DNA of 63,975 nt, filler included, from Trypethelium eluteriae (taxonomy: Eukaryota): NCBI GenBank assembly GCA_051942245.1. It is 4 parts of 4 records of this genome, joined end to end, with 100 filler letters (N's around TTAATTAATTAA, not from the genome) between each part and the next. Parts side by side here need not be neighbours in the genome. Positions count along the whole stretch, not along the records: positions 34,189 to 51,169 come from JAVECL010000604.1; 3 more parts are not named here. The stretch is one strand, 5' to 3'. Shown here one piece after another: positions 36,967-49,319 of this stretch. The number at the start of each line of letters is the position of its first letter. The stretch's first letter is position 1. A program made the translations under genes and the position numbers. The notes beneath the pieces are model-generated. The model worked only from the letters and a program-made list of their open reading frames with translations, did not search any database and was not told where the DNA came from.

Positions 36967-38302
36967 ATGGAGGTGGTGCACATGAACCAAGTTTTTGGAC
37001 AAAGGCGGGACCACGAAGAACCTGCTGTTCCTTTTTGTCCATACCCCTTTGAAATCTTCATCAGGCACTTCTATTGCGGACGGCAGAGAAGTATGCTCCC
37101 TCTCACTTGTTGAGGATCTGGGCGCTGACCTTCAGCAGGTGAAACTGTATCAGGCGTCGGTCGCCCTTGCAGCGACAATTTTCTCCGGGCAATTATTCTT
37201 TATCTCGAAGGCGTATTGAGTGCATTCAAAAAATGTCCGCTCATGACAGAAGAATTTCGCAGGTCTGTTAGAGCCGGGCTTGCTGAAGTGAGAGACGAGT
37301 GTTTGCGACTCAAGCGTTTCCCAGAACTCTTTCCTGCAGCGAGAATCCGTAGGCGTTTCTTTGCTCACATTAAGAAGATTCTAGCACAACTCAAACTCGA
37401 GGTTCGGTTCCTGCAGCTAGACCATGGGCCTCTTTCACAATTCAGAAACGCGACGAAGCAAGCGCTGATCCGGCCAAACTTCCTTAAGCCCATCCCGGTA
37501 GCGTATTCTCCAAACCTATGGTCATTTTTTCTGGGCAACCTAAGTCGCAATCTTCATGCGCAATATATGATTTCCGAGAGTCTTCCTCGTCGCAATCTCG
37601 TGAGAGTGCCACCTCATGGCCAGAATCGAGTGCGCATTCTCCCACCAGGCGCTTTGAATTTATTTAATCGATGGATGAATGAGCACAACTCGGTAGCTAG
37701 AGCCATTGGTCTGGTGAGTACAGCTACTCTTAGTTCCTGCTCCTAATAGACTTTCAACCGTCTCAGAATCTCCGCAGCGGCTAATCAGATATACAGCCTT
37801 ATGGACGTATCCTACCAAAGATAATCACCTACGTTCATCCTGTAAGTAGATCTGCAACTTGCAGAAAAAATTTCTAACGCAGAATAGCCAGTGGAGCAGG
37901 ATTGGTCACGCCCAACAATGTGGAGAGGACGAATGGATCAGTCGAAATTGGTATGCTCATTGGCCCCCGCAGACTGGAAGTCCAATCGATTAATGAGAAT
38001 AGATCACACGGTATCTGCATCATAACTGGGAGAAGGTACGAAAAACCGGAGACTAAATTAATCAGCAACTAAACATGGTTCCTAGTACTTCCCCGAAAAG
38101 GATCGCCGAAGACTGATCAGACACGCACGGGCTTTAGGTGAGTTAAAAGTCTTGCCACTTGGGATAATTGTGTAACAATCGAGCAGAACGTATGAGAAGC
38201 GGAGGACGAGTGGATCAAACTTCGGTCCGTCAAACGCGGTTGACCGTGCTGTTCGTTATGCGTACAGCCCGAGTCAAGTCATTTTCAGGTCCAGCGTCTT
38301 GA
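36967..38302 (+). CDS. Putative auxiliary MAT1-1 idiomorph gene, 7 exons, ~335 aa, no recognisable domain
   Basis: Exons 36967-37090, 37139-37713, 37797-37841, 37888-37950, 38003-38035, 38086-38137 and 38187-38302. Six 46-83 nt GT-AG introns, most with clear branch sites, keep a single open frame. Confidence 0.7.
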
Positions 38303-38669
38303 TCACCCCTCTTGGGAGTCACTTATGTAAAGGGTCCGAAGGCACCAGGCTGTGAAATGTACAATAGTGATATAATTTAGCGAGTGTGTAAGAAATTATG
38401 CGTTTGCCTGCGAATAAATTCTGCCAGAGTTGTATTCTGCCGGTTGTGTGAATGCGATGTTTTCTGCCGATATCGACTGAGTGTGAGATGTATGGTGGAT
38501 GGCTTCCCAGCCCCTTTGTCTAGAATATAAGACAAATGCTCCCTCTTCCCGAAGGCTTTTTTCTTTCACCACCAATTCTTTCTCCTCGAGACATCTGCAC
38601 CCGCAATTTCTTTGTTCGATCTTCCAAATCTTTGTATATTCCTCACCACTGCCACTACCAGCTGCGAAC

Positions 38670-39822
38670 ATGGCCGAGCAGCTCAACTTGTCACCAGAGC
38701 TGTTGCAAGTTCTGGGAAAACTCACTGAAGCCGATTTCCATACTCTCAAGGCGTACGCTACCGGCGCCCAAGACCCCAAGACTCATGGCACTTCAGCCAA
38801 TGCCCCAGCAATGATTGCTGCAACCGCCTCTGGCAAGAATCGTCCCAAGAAAGCTGAAGGATCTGGTGCCGTCAAGAAACAGAGGAAGGGACCCTCAGCG
38901 AAAGCGACACGTCCGCTGAACTCCTACATGGCGTTTCGAGGTAAGTTTTTCTTGCTTTAAGTCTCTATTAGAGCATTCCTGACAGTGTGTGATATGTAGC
39001 CTACTATTCCCCCATCTTCTTGGACTTTCAGCAGAAAGCTATCTCACCTCTCCTCACCATGCTGTGGCAGGGGGACCACTTCCAAGCCAAATGGACCATC
39101 CTTGCCAAAGCCTACTCCAAGATTCGCGATCAGCAGGGTAAAGATAACGCCAACCTGTCTGAATTCCTTGAGCTCGTAACCCCGGTCATTGGAATCATCG
39201 CTCCAGCAGATTACCTCTCCACTATGGGCTGGCAGATGACCGAAGGCGAGAATGGGCCGACCCTCCATCGCGAGACCATTCCCGACTTCAGCTCATTCTC
39301 CGACGAGCTGCGTACCACCAATGTGTCTGTGGAGGACATCATCGAATATTTCCAGCTGGTCGGCTATGCCGTGAACGCAAGCACTGCTGCACCAAGCTCT
39401 GCAGTTGCAGCCCCGATGTTGACGATGGCAGCTCAACCATCGTTCTCTTCAGCCGCTCAGGCTTCTATGCAGGCCAATCATGCAACTTCTCTGCAGATAC
39501 AGCTGGGGGATGCCGGGAATGTCACTGACCCGAACGCAGCCTGGGGGAACGTTGTTCCTGGTAAGTTCGAATGAGCACAGTATTTCCATAGTTCTACAAT
39601 CGCTGACTGTTCAAAGGGAACCCAGCTGTCTTCAACAGCTTCGATGACATCGCTGCTGAGCTGGATCTGTCCAATGATCAGCTCAATTTCAATGCTGAAT
39701 TCCATCCGTCGAACGACAACGTCACCGTCCTCAATCCTGGTGACAACCAATTCGCCATCTGTGACATCACCAGCGTCAACGACGCTGACCTCAATGACTT
39801 TCTCGCCGAGAGCTTATTTTGA
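38670..39822 (+). CDS. MAT1-1-1: Mating-type protein MAT1-1-1 (alpha-box transcription factor), 345 aa
   Basis: RPLNSYMAFR-AYYSPIFLDFQQKAISPLLTMLWQGDHFQAKWTILAKAYSKIRD, with the conserved alpha-box intron at 38941-38999. Second intron 39561-39616. Confidence 0.97.
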
Positions 39823-40510
39823 CGCGCAACCGCATGGTAAGTTTTGAGAAGATTGTGATACCAAATTATGCATTGTCTAATGTGCAATAGATGTTCGCTC
39901 GGGTTTCTTTTTTTTGTGTGGCCCTGTGTGTTTTTTCTCTTTTTCTTTCTTCTTTTTCTTTCTTTTTTTTTTTCTGATAAAGAATAAAAAATTTAAAAAA
40001 AATTTGTTCAGTTTTGAATATGTTGTTGTCTGGACTGAGGGCCCCTTGGGGTGGGATGGGGTGGCGTTGGTTATGTAGTTTTTTAAATAGAATGAACGGA
40101 GGTTACATAAGTTTTTCTCCGAAGACTATCTGGCATGTTGATCTGCGTCTCCTCTACTCAAAGCTGCATCAGATCTCCCCAAGTGAGCATCCCAAGTATC
40201 GCAAACCCAGAACCCACCGCCAGGATTGCACTTGAAATTTGTCAGAAAATTGGCCGAAGAGAAAAAGACTCCACAAAACGGGAATTTCATGTTGTAGTAT
40301 GTCGGTGACCCCCAGAAGGTAAGAAATGGAACAACCTTCCACAATCCCATCAATTGTTCTGCGCTAATCAGTGTTTCAAAAAGGCACTCGCGCGCTATCC
40401 TAGCTTCGTTCGCTCGAACACCGGGTCTCCACTCCATCTTTGCGCTGTATCCTACGTTCAACGTTACCTATGGCTAGAACAGCCTCGACATCCTCTTGGA
40501 GAACATAGCG

Positions 40511-43125
40511 ATGAATGCAGTAACATTCCTCATAATATATATATCTGGCGGTATCACATTTCTGCCCTTAATCCTTGGCTGCATATTGCTACACGCGCTC
40601 TTTGCGTGCCCTAAAAAACACGACCCGGAGCAGGAGGAGGTAGCTGGAGATACTGCAAGTGTGTCGACCTCGTCAGAGAATGACAAGGGTAAAGAGCGAT
40701 CATCAACTACTCGAGCTCCAAGTGTGGATGTTGCTGCAGGATATTTCGCGGTATCTCGGCAGTTCGTTCCGGGAGGGTTGAGTGGTAGGCCAAATGAACG
40801 TTCGCAGTCTACAGCCTCTGGGACAACTGTAGAGAGCTCAAGTATCTACCAGAATATGTACAGAAGCGTTTTTGAGCGCGGAAAGGTACAATATTCAGGC
40901 ATTGAGACTGACAGAGGGAACGGCAAGCAGTTGGGAAAGGCCCGCCATGTCTTCTACGTAGTCTTACGGTAAGCCGCTTGACTTATTTTTGAAGCCTGAG
41001 GGGTTCCTCATCTAATTGCAGTCATGGACACCTGATGCTTTACGATGACTCTGAAGAACTCGAAGTTAGACACGTCATCTTCTTGGCACATTACGATGTG
41101 GACCTATTCGCCGGCGATGATCAACTTTCTGAGGGCGACCTTTTCGTAAAACGAAACTGCATACGGTTGAGAAAGAAATTAGCCAACGAAGAGCTTATGC
41201 CAAGTACTCGTCCATACTTCATGTTTTGTGACAACACATCTGAAAAGGAAGATTTCTATCATGCTCTTCTACATAATCTAGATGTTGGTGAGGAGAAATC
41301 TGTGCCCCTGCCACTTGTATTCGAATCATCGCATTTGGCAAAGCTCATTCGAAAGATACATGACTCAGAGGAGAATTTGCAGACGAGGTGGTTCAACGCC
41401 ATACTTGGAAGATTATTCTTGGCGCTTTACAAGACAGAAGATATTGAGGACTATGTTCGTTCCAAAATATCCCGAAAAATAGCTCGCGTACACAAGCCGA
41501 CCTTCATCGACAGCATTCACGTTCGTGCCATCCACTTGGGCGATGCTGCCCCAGTTTTCATCAACCAAAAGCTGCGAGAGCTGAAGCTTGATGGCGATCT
41601 GACAGTAGATGCCGATGTCAAATATAATGGTGGCTTCAAGCTTGAGATAGCTGCGACTGCCCGCATCGAGTTGGGACAACGATTTAAGGCCAGAGAGGTG
41701 AGCCTAATTTTAGTAGGAACTCTCAAAGAGCTTGACGGACATGTGTTAGTGCGGATGAAACCGCCACCTACTAACCGATTATGGATTGCATTTGAGACGA
41801 TGCCGCGCATGACATTATCAGTTGAGCCTATCGTCAGTAGTCGGCAGATCACGTACGGCATCATTTTACGTGCAATAGAGAACAGAATCCGAGAAGTGGT
41901 CAAAGACACCCTTGTCTTACCCAACTGGGATGACATTCCATTTTTGAACAGTTCTAAGCAGTGCTTCAGAGGAGGTATCTGGGCTAACAATAGTGACCTT
42001 CCGGCAAATGATGAGAAGGACTTTGGAGATCGAAAACTTCCAAGACATATTACGGCTGAAAGCCAAACTCAAATGACAATTCTCGATGAATCCGTACACA
42101 GTGCTGGAGAGACCGTAAAAGGCAGCCATAAGCCATACGACAGTGAAGATCCTGGTGAACTGCTCGGAAATCCCAGCGAAGCAGACTTGGCGCTGGATGA
42201 TCTATCAGACAGGGACCCACATGCAAAAGGACCTATCAATGTCAATAAGCCTGACACTCTGCACTTAAGTCCTTCCGTAGTAACTTGTGTTCCGATGACA
42301 GTCGACGAAACCACAGCAAGTCAGACATCTACACTGAAGATGATTCACAGCCACGAAGACCTTCATAGTATTGGCGATAGCTCAGCAGAGGAGTCAGAGA
42401 CGACTCCACCTCCGGCTTTACAGCCACAATCGTCACCCCGTCTTGGTCAGCTCGGAAACGAGTGTGAAGCCTGGAATACATATGCTTATGGCGACAAGTT
42501 GGCCATTCCCCAAACAAGTTCTGCATCATCACTTGATCGACATCTACCTATACTAAGAAACTCAAAGGAAGGTCGAATATCCGAGGCCCAGACTGAACAT
42601 ATGACAACCCTTGACTCCACCTTGCGCTCTGCACTGAGCTCTCGATCGTTAGGACCTAAAGACATACATCACCATAATCTTGCATCTACGACCGACGGAA
42701 CAAAGAAATGGGGGTGGAATGTACTCAGTCGACAAAGTAGCCCAAAGAATGTAACCCAAGGTTCGCCAGTCGCAGATCCCAAAAAGGGCCCTACACAACC
42801 TATGGGACGAGGACAGCCTCTGCCGCCGGCCGGTATGCCGCTGCCTGGACCGCAGAAACAGTCATGGTCAATGCCATATTTAGGCGTGGGTAAGAGAAGG
42901 CTCGCCGCCGTTGGATCGAAATCTATAATCCCAGCGCGCTCGTTGTCAGGGTCCCGACGTTCTCATCAAGGCCAGACCGAGCAAATGTCTAACGCAGTCA
43001 GAGGTGATGTGGCTTGCGGAGATAAGTTGTCCAGTGCCACTGGTCTACCGATGCCCGAAAGTGTTCGAGACATGGATAAATTGGCACATGACCATGAAAT
43101 AGGTGTGGAAAACTTTCCAAAGTAG
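40511..43125 (+). CDS. NVJ2: PH + SMP domain membrane-contact-site protein
   Basis: N-terminal TM segment (YISGGITFLPL), PH region (FYVVLR-HGHLMLYDD; intron 40969-41021) and SMP region (TRWFNAILGRLFL...KPPPTNRLW...LVLPNWDDIPF). Confidence 0.88.
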
Positions 43126-43597
43126 CACTCTTAACTCTGTAGCGTTACGAAATACATAATTAATATGCCAAAATTCAGATGAACGCAATTGAGCTGGGAT
43201 GCAATCGCTCGGTCGACAATTTTGTATGACTTTGCAAGCTGTTCCTGGCAATAGTGGAGGTGTAGTACGATTGATTGCTAGTTTGAGCGTATAGCAAACC
43301 GAATTTGTTCTTTGGGTAACGTGGTAGAGTTAATCGTTATTGTGGGCTCACGCATTGCACCAAGCCAAACCAACGCTCAAGCAACGAACACATGGTATAA
43401 GCCAACACGTTATGAATGAATCGTGCTGCCCATGGGTTGCGCAAGTACTGATCTACAAATCAGCTGCACAGGCCCACCAAAGACTTGCCTGAGAAAAGCC
43501 CGGATGAACGCTTGCGGTTGTCGGTCTTGCGACCCATGATGCGATCTGGTGAGAAATTCCACTTCCACACAAGCTCGCTCCCACGATTTATGAACCT

Positions 43598-44170
43598 TTA
43601 CCAAGCGTTCCGGTCCCAGTTTGGATCTATAACGGTCATGAGAATGCGCCCCTTAATAAATAGGACTGTTATGCCAACACCTCGAGCCGAGAGGCTCTCT
43701 ACTCACCCTGAACAAAACTTGCCAGCACTTTACTTCCAGTCTGTAAGAGCGGATGTCCCACAACAATCTGCAAAAATCTCTCTAGACCCTCTCTTCGATG
43801 CTCGATCACATCATCGGAAAAGCGATTAGTGAATACTTTGCCAGGTAAAGGCGGAATAGTCACTCGAGAGCTTTCACGCTCCAAGATGTCCCGGAAGTAT
43901 TCGAAGTCGGAATATCGCCGACGTACAGTACTAGACTTTAGCTTGAAGGCAGGTATGTTCGTTTTGCAGACGATTTCGTAGTCGGTGTACATCTTGCGCC
44001 CAAAGCCATGTGTCTGTGGGTGCTTCACCTGTGGGCAGCGGGAAAGATCAGCTTCGAGCCTCGCGAGCACGGAATATTGAGTTAAGACTAGCCTCTAGTT
44101 CCAGAAAGTTTTCTGGCGGCCCATATATTTCTTCGAAGCTCTGCTGTCGAGCGTCAGGCATCGCCTGCAT
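43598..44170 (-). CDS. SNX3: Sorting nexin-3 (PX domain)
   Basis: [24 protein letters not shown]...[14 protein letters not shown]...IPPLPGK...[10 protein letters not shown]...DPNWDRNAW. Introns 44029-44092 (GC-AG) and 43627-43706. Confidence 0.95.
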
Positions 44171-46087
44171 AGCGGAAGACTTGATGCTGCTCAGGAAGCG
44201 GACTACGTCGATTATTCACGCCTGCGAGAGGCCCACAACGTCCTCATGCGGAAGAGTTCTGAGAATACGAGCACCTTAAGAATTGAAAGACACGATTGAA
44301 CACTGATGCGCTTAAAATCCAGTCGGTAATTGAAGGAGTCAAGATGTCTTGGTGTCAAGAAAGGAAGGCCTAGGATATTGCCATAAGCCCCACTCAACTG
44401 GACGCGTGCAGGATGACACGCCACCGACCCGCCCCGAATATCTGCCGAACGACACGCATGGGCAGGTCCTGCGTCGCCTATGGAGTAATGCAAGATACCT
44501 ACGTTGCGTTCGTAAGAGTCCCAATGGCATTCCATCGAATCGCCTGCCGGACGAGGCTTCAAGCTTTGGCATCTCTGCATCGTCTTGGCTCTCTACAGCA
44601 GATATGTTTCCCTCGCACCCACAATTCCACGCCAGTCAATGGTGGTGTTTCTTTGCTTTGATAGTCGCCTTAACTTCCATCGTCTATCGGGCAGCCACTA
44701 GAGTGGCGGGTCCTGTAGACTGTGCACTCGACATTTTAAGCACAGGTTAGTTGCATCTACTTTGTCCGCCGAAGTCGTAAACAGTCCATTGGTCAACATC
44801 TCTAATAGCCCGAGGGGTGTCTAAGAGGACCTGAGACGATACTTTTGAATTTATCTCGCTTCCATGTTTTGCCCGTTTGACTTTTCATTTTTGCAGTTGT
44901 AAGCCGTTTGAGTTTGGTACGTCGTGCTCGAGGCGTAGAATATCCATCTCCCCCGTGCTCTCACTAATACACCGATCTCGTGCTACGAGTTGTGTAACTT
45001 TTGTGACTTCTCAATCAACGGCTATTTGATGTGGCTCTACTGAGTTGAGAGTCGAGTAAGGATCTTTGGAATTCCAAAATGCTCCTCTGTCTTGGTATCG
45101 CTTCCTAGCAGCGAGGACTCTTGCGCTTAGCAAAGTCTTGAATTCACGGAAGAAGTCTGATAATACACCAGCGAGAACCAGAATCCCCCTCTGTCACTTG
45201 ATCCATTGTATATAGCAACAGAGGCAATCGATAAGGCTGTGTATGTGACGGGCTGACTTGCATCGGTAAGACCTTTTATCTGAAGGCAGTACTCCCATGA
45301 CCTTGCTTGGCCTTTTCAACTTTTCCTGCTTGGCGCTGTCGCGAGAACAATTGGCCCGAGGAGCGTTTCCAGTAGACTCCTTAAGCAAACCTGACGCAAC
45401 ATTAACAAGGTTGGTCATTCTCGAAAATTCCAATTGCTCTAAGTTGGACCTGATGGCATCTTCCACAGAACAATTTCTTTGTATTGCACTGACCCGCCTT
45501 ACTCGTCCGAAACTTTCATCTAGCTTACGCAGGTAGGTCGGTTATGCAATCAATCATTACCTGAGGTCGTACGTGTAGGTACGTTCCGCATAAGGTAGCT
45601 GCCTAAACCCATCAATGCGGGAACAGAAAGCTCTTTCTATTTGGGCCCACCGGCTAGCCCCAAAGTAGAACTGGCCCTTCCAGATTAATCGAACTCAAGC
45701 GGCGCGTCTCCCCGTGTCGGCCTCAATTTTGCAACTGCACGTGCAGCTACATTTGTCACTGCAGTCTCACCTTCTTACTCTACATTTCCATATCTGCGTT
45801 CCTGATACCGCGGTCTTTACGTGTAATTGCCGCGCTTCAAAAGCAACGAGTTTCTTCCAACGGTCGTTGCGTCGTTTCAGCGATCATTTTCGAAAAAATT
45901 CGACGCCAGCTTATTGCCTTCGAAATTTGAATCGGTTACTTGTAGCCGAAAGTCACATTCCCAGCACCACTATGTATGTAAACTCGACTTCACTTTCCTT
46001 TTCACATTGACAATTCATTGTTAGATCAATACTGCAGTGATAGGGTCGGCCCTGTAGCAGATCAGAGACAGCTTGGCATCAGTTGCG

Positions 46088-48655
46088 ATGTCTCACATCT
46101 CTAAAATCTCTACGGAGCCTACAACGCCAGCAAAATCTAGTGAGATCGGGATCATGGATGCTGGAGAGCCACAAACCAATCAAGAAACTAATACTGGATT
46201 GACGAAGGACGGAGACCCATCTCCGGCCAGCACTTATGGCGATACCGCAGGTGGAGACAGTGTTCCTGCCACGCCATTGGAAAACGTGCAAACTGGTATG
46301 CGAATGGGATCCAAATTTGACAGTATGGGCTAACTTGTAGAGCGACAGAAAATTCTGTGAAGCACCAAGTCTGCACAACGACTCCTGTGCGCAGTAATGA
46401 AAAAGTTCGTCCTGCCCTTCTCCAACATGATGTCGGCAACTCGAGTCCCGCACGTCTGGCTGGTATGGTCGCAGATCTCTCAATTTCTTGTATCACAGAT
46501 GACACTATTCACGCTGTGTCCTCCTCAGCTTCTGATAGTGGCCTTGCTGAAGGTAGCAAGGCTTTGAACTCTTCTTTCATTGTTCACGACTCCAACAGTA
46601 CTATGGATGATCCATTCACATCTCCTGCCTTCCACCACGCGGATCGTTCTACTACCCTTTCACCTGACTCAATTGTCACCACGCGAGCCCTCAGCGCGTC
46701 GAACAAAACGAACGGTAATAAAATGGATAATGCTGTGGTGGATAGTACGAGTCTCTCTTCACCCTTTTCTCCTCGCGAGGACCGCATAGGACAACAGCCA
46801 TCTGCCGACAATGCACAGGCTTTGTATCCTCCAGACGCGTGCGTGTTTGTCGCTAAGTAAGTGGTCTTCTCTACTATTGGAGCCGTTGCTAATCTTGCAG
46901 CAGTTTGTCCTCGGCACGAACCGATGAAGAACTTGCAGCATCAGTGTCTCACGCTTTCGGTGTCTTTGGTCTTGTTTGGGTCAAGATCCGTCGAGACAAC
47001 AGGCATATGCCTTACGCGTTTTGCCAATATGAGGTACTTTCCAGTGTATTTATTCCTTTTGTCAAGCGCAACGCTGATGCTTTCTAGAACAAGCAAAACG
47101 CTGATAGAGCCATCATTGAGGGGAAAAATGCACTCATAGACGGGAGGAAATGCCGAACGGAGATTGCCAAAGTTCAACGTGAGTAGTGGGGATATCCACG
47201 ATCCGTTGATGTTAAGAGACTGATCTAGAGACAGGAGCACTGTATATTTCACGGCACAATGGCGAATCTGTTCACGAGGATGAAGTACGTCAACTGCTCA
47301 GTGTATTTGGTGCCATCGAAAAAGTTTGGCTTCCCTCAGAAACAGACCGTGAAATGTATCAACTTCCACAAGGCATCTGGGTCAGATTTGCGTATTTCCA
47401 AGACTGTCGAGATGCCCATGCGGTTTGTTCACACTTCGAAATCAGTGCATAAGCTTCTGTCTGATTAGTGTTATAGGCTCTTCGTGATGACTCTGTCTTT
47501 CGACTCGAGCAAAAGCAGGAGCGAACGAAAACGCGATCACAGCAATTCATGTCTTCAGGTCACATGCACTCAGCTCCAGGCCTGCACAACTACAAACAGA
47601 TGGGCTATGGTTCCCCGAGCTCACGCCGGAACTCTCCCGCAGTAGCTGGCGCACGAACCAGCGAAGAAGGATCTTCGCTCTTTTTGGGAAATTTACCGCC
47701 AGATATAACACAACAGGAGCTGATCCATATCTTCGGAAAGTACGGTTCCGTGCTCTCCGCTCAGGTTATCTCGAAGGCATCTCCCGCCAGTAAGTTCTCT
47801 TTCGGCACGTTTGTGGGACTTGATTCCTCACCCTTACCTAGGCAGCAAACAAAACGTATTTGCGTTTGTAGACTTCCCAAATCACGACACCGTTCAAAAT
47901 GCGGTCGACTGCGAGGTAAGCAGCCTCCTGCTGTCTTCTCTAATGCCTTACTCAAACAATGATAGACTGGTAATCTGAATATCCGCGGCTACAATGTACG
48001 TGTGGAATGGAAAGTCCTTTTCGATAATACCAGGCGCGGCGGATTCCATGGGAATCGTTCGCGGCAAGGGACGTTCAGCGGGAGTCCTCGAGGCCGTCTA
48101 CAGCTTACGCCTACGGTCATACAGCCTTCTCTACCCTCATTTCAGCCACCCTACAATATGACTGTGGCACCTTTCGGATACAATCATCTTCCGCAGAGCT
48201 CAACCTATGTAAGTCCGTCGAGTCTTACTGGATACAGCAGCTCGCAGGGATCAAATACTGGCCTTCTTGGAAACAGGGGCGAGACCAGCCAGAGTGCAAC
48301 CTCCCACTTTCCAAACATGGAGCTTCAGCCTGGATTCCTACCCCATTTTCAACATCATGAAATTGGCCATGGCGCGCCACGTGTAGCTTCTGTCCACGTA
48401 CCGTTCAGCTTTGACCAAGGCCAAAGAGGTCTTGAAGGAGGCGACCGCCTGAGCTGGCAGCTCGCCTATGACCGTTACGCCCAAGAGCATTCCCAGACGT
48501 ACTCAACTCAGTACATAGGCCCTATGACCAGCCCTTCCAACACGTTTACGCCGACTTACTCCACTGACCACTCTCACCAATTGCACGTCGAGGGCTTCGA
48601 TGAAACTGCGCAAGAGACGAGCCCTTCGCTGGCCGATCCCTCACTCTCCTGTTAA
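46088..48655 (+). CDS. RIM4: Multi-RRM RNA-binding protein, Rim4-like (start uncertain)
   Basis: Spliced RRM1 PDACVFVANLSSARTDEELAASVSHAFGVFGLVWVKIRRDNRHMPYAFCQY resembles yeast Rim4 RRM1. Two further RRMs (e.g. SLFLGNLPPDITQQEL) and a low-complexity C-terminus follow. Confidence 0.7.
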
Positions 48656-49319
48656 TCACTTCGTTCATGATGCTTGCTTTGGCGGGACGAAGCCTAGTGT
48701 CCTGCCTCGAAAAGTTTTGTCGAAAAGGATATGCCCTACTCTTCCTGATCTCGAGCTATTTACGAATTTTCGAGATCTTCAAGGTAATCTAATGGTGGCC
48801 AGAATGATATCATTTACTTCATTTTCGGACCCGTCGCTTTGCACGCCATTTCAACAAGTTGCCCGTTTCACCTCGATCTATCGGAAAAGCAGACTGCTTG
48901 CTTGACGTCGCTACACCATATAAAGGCCGAACTTCCGTGGAGCTGGATCGGTGAAAAGTCTGTATCTACATCGCTTCGACTTGCTTCCTTGTGCGACGAG
49001 AAAAACTTCTTCTTACGTTTCCATATACTTCTATACTTGCTCTTGTTCGAATGAAATTGCGGGGAGTTGCTTGTTCAAATCAACGAATGATGCCATTCAC
49101 ATGGATGGGTATACTCATCTTCGTACGGGTGGTGGAGTAATGAAAGGGAGCATCTACTTTTCTGATTTGCTAGATTTACCGAATTTACGATTTTCTTAAT
49201 GACTTCGGCGTTTGCTTCGATCATGATCTCATGCTGAACGGTAATCTGGATCCCGGTGCAGCCTGGATCCGGCTAATCCTGTACCTGCACTAGAACCTGA
49301 TCCGATATCACGCTGTTAA

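Noticed and set aside
31348..39822. HOM6 and the pogo transposon as MAT-locus flanks
   Set aside because: An artificial spacer (34089-34188) separates them from the MAT contig.
44300..45560. Short ORFs between SNX3 and the RIM4-like gene
   Set aside because: No recognisable motifs and no coherent splice model.
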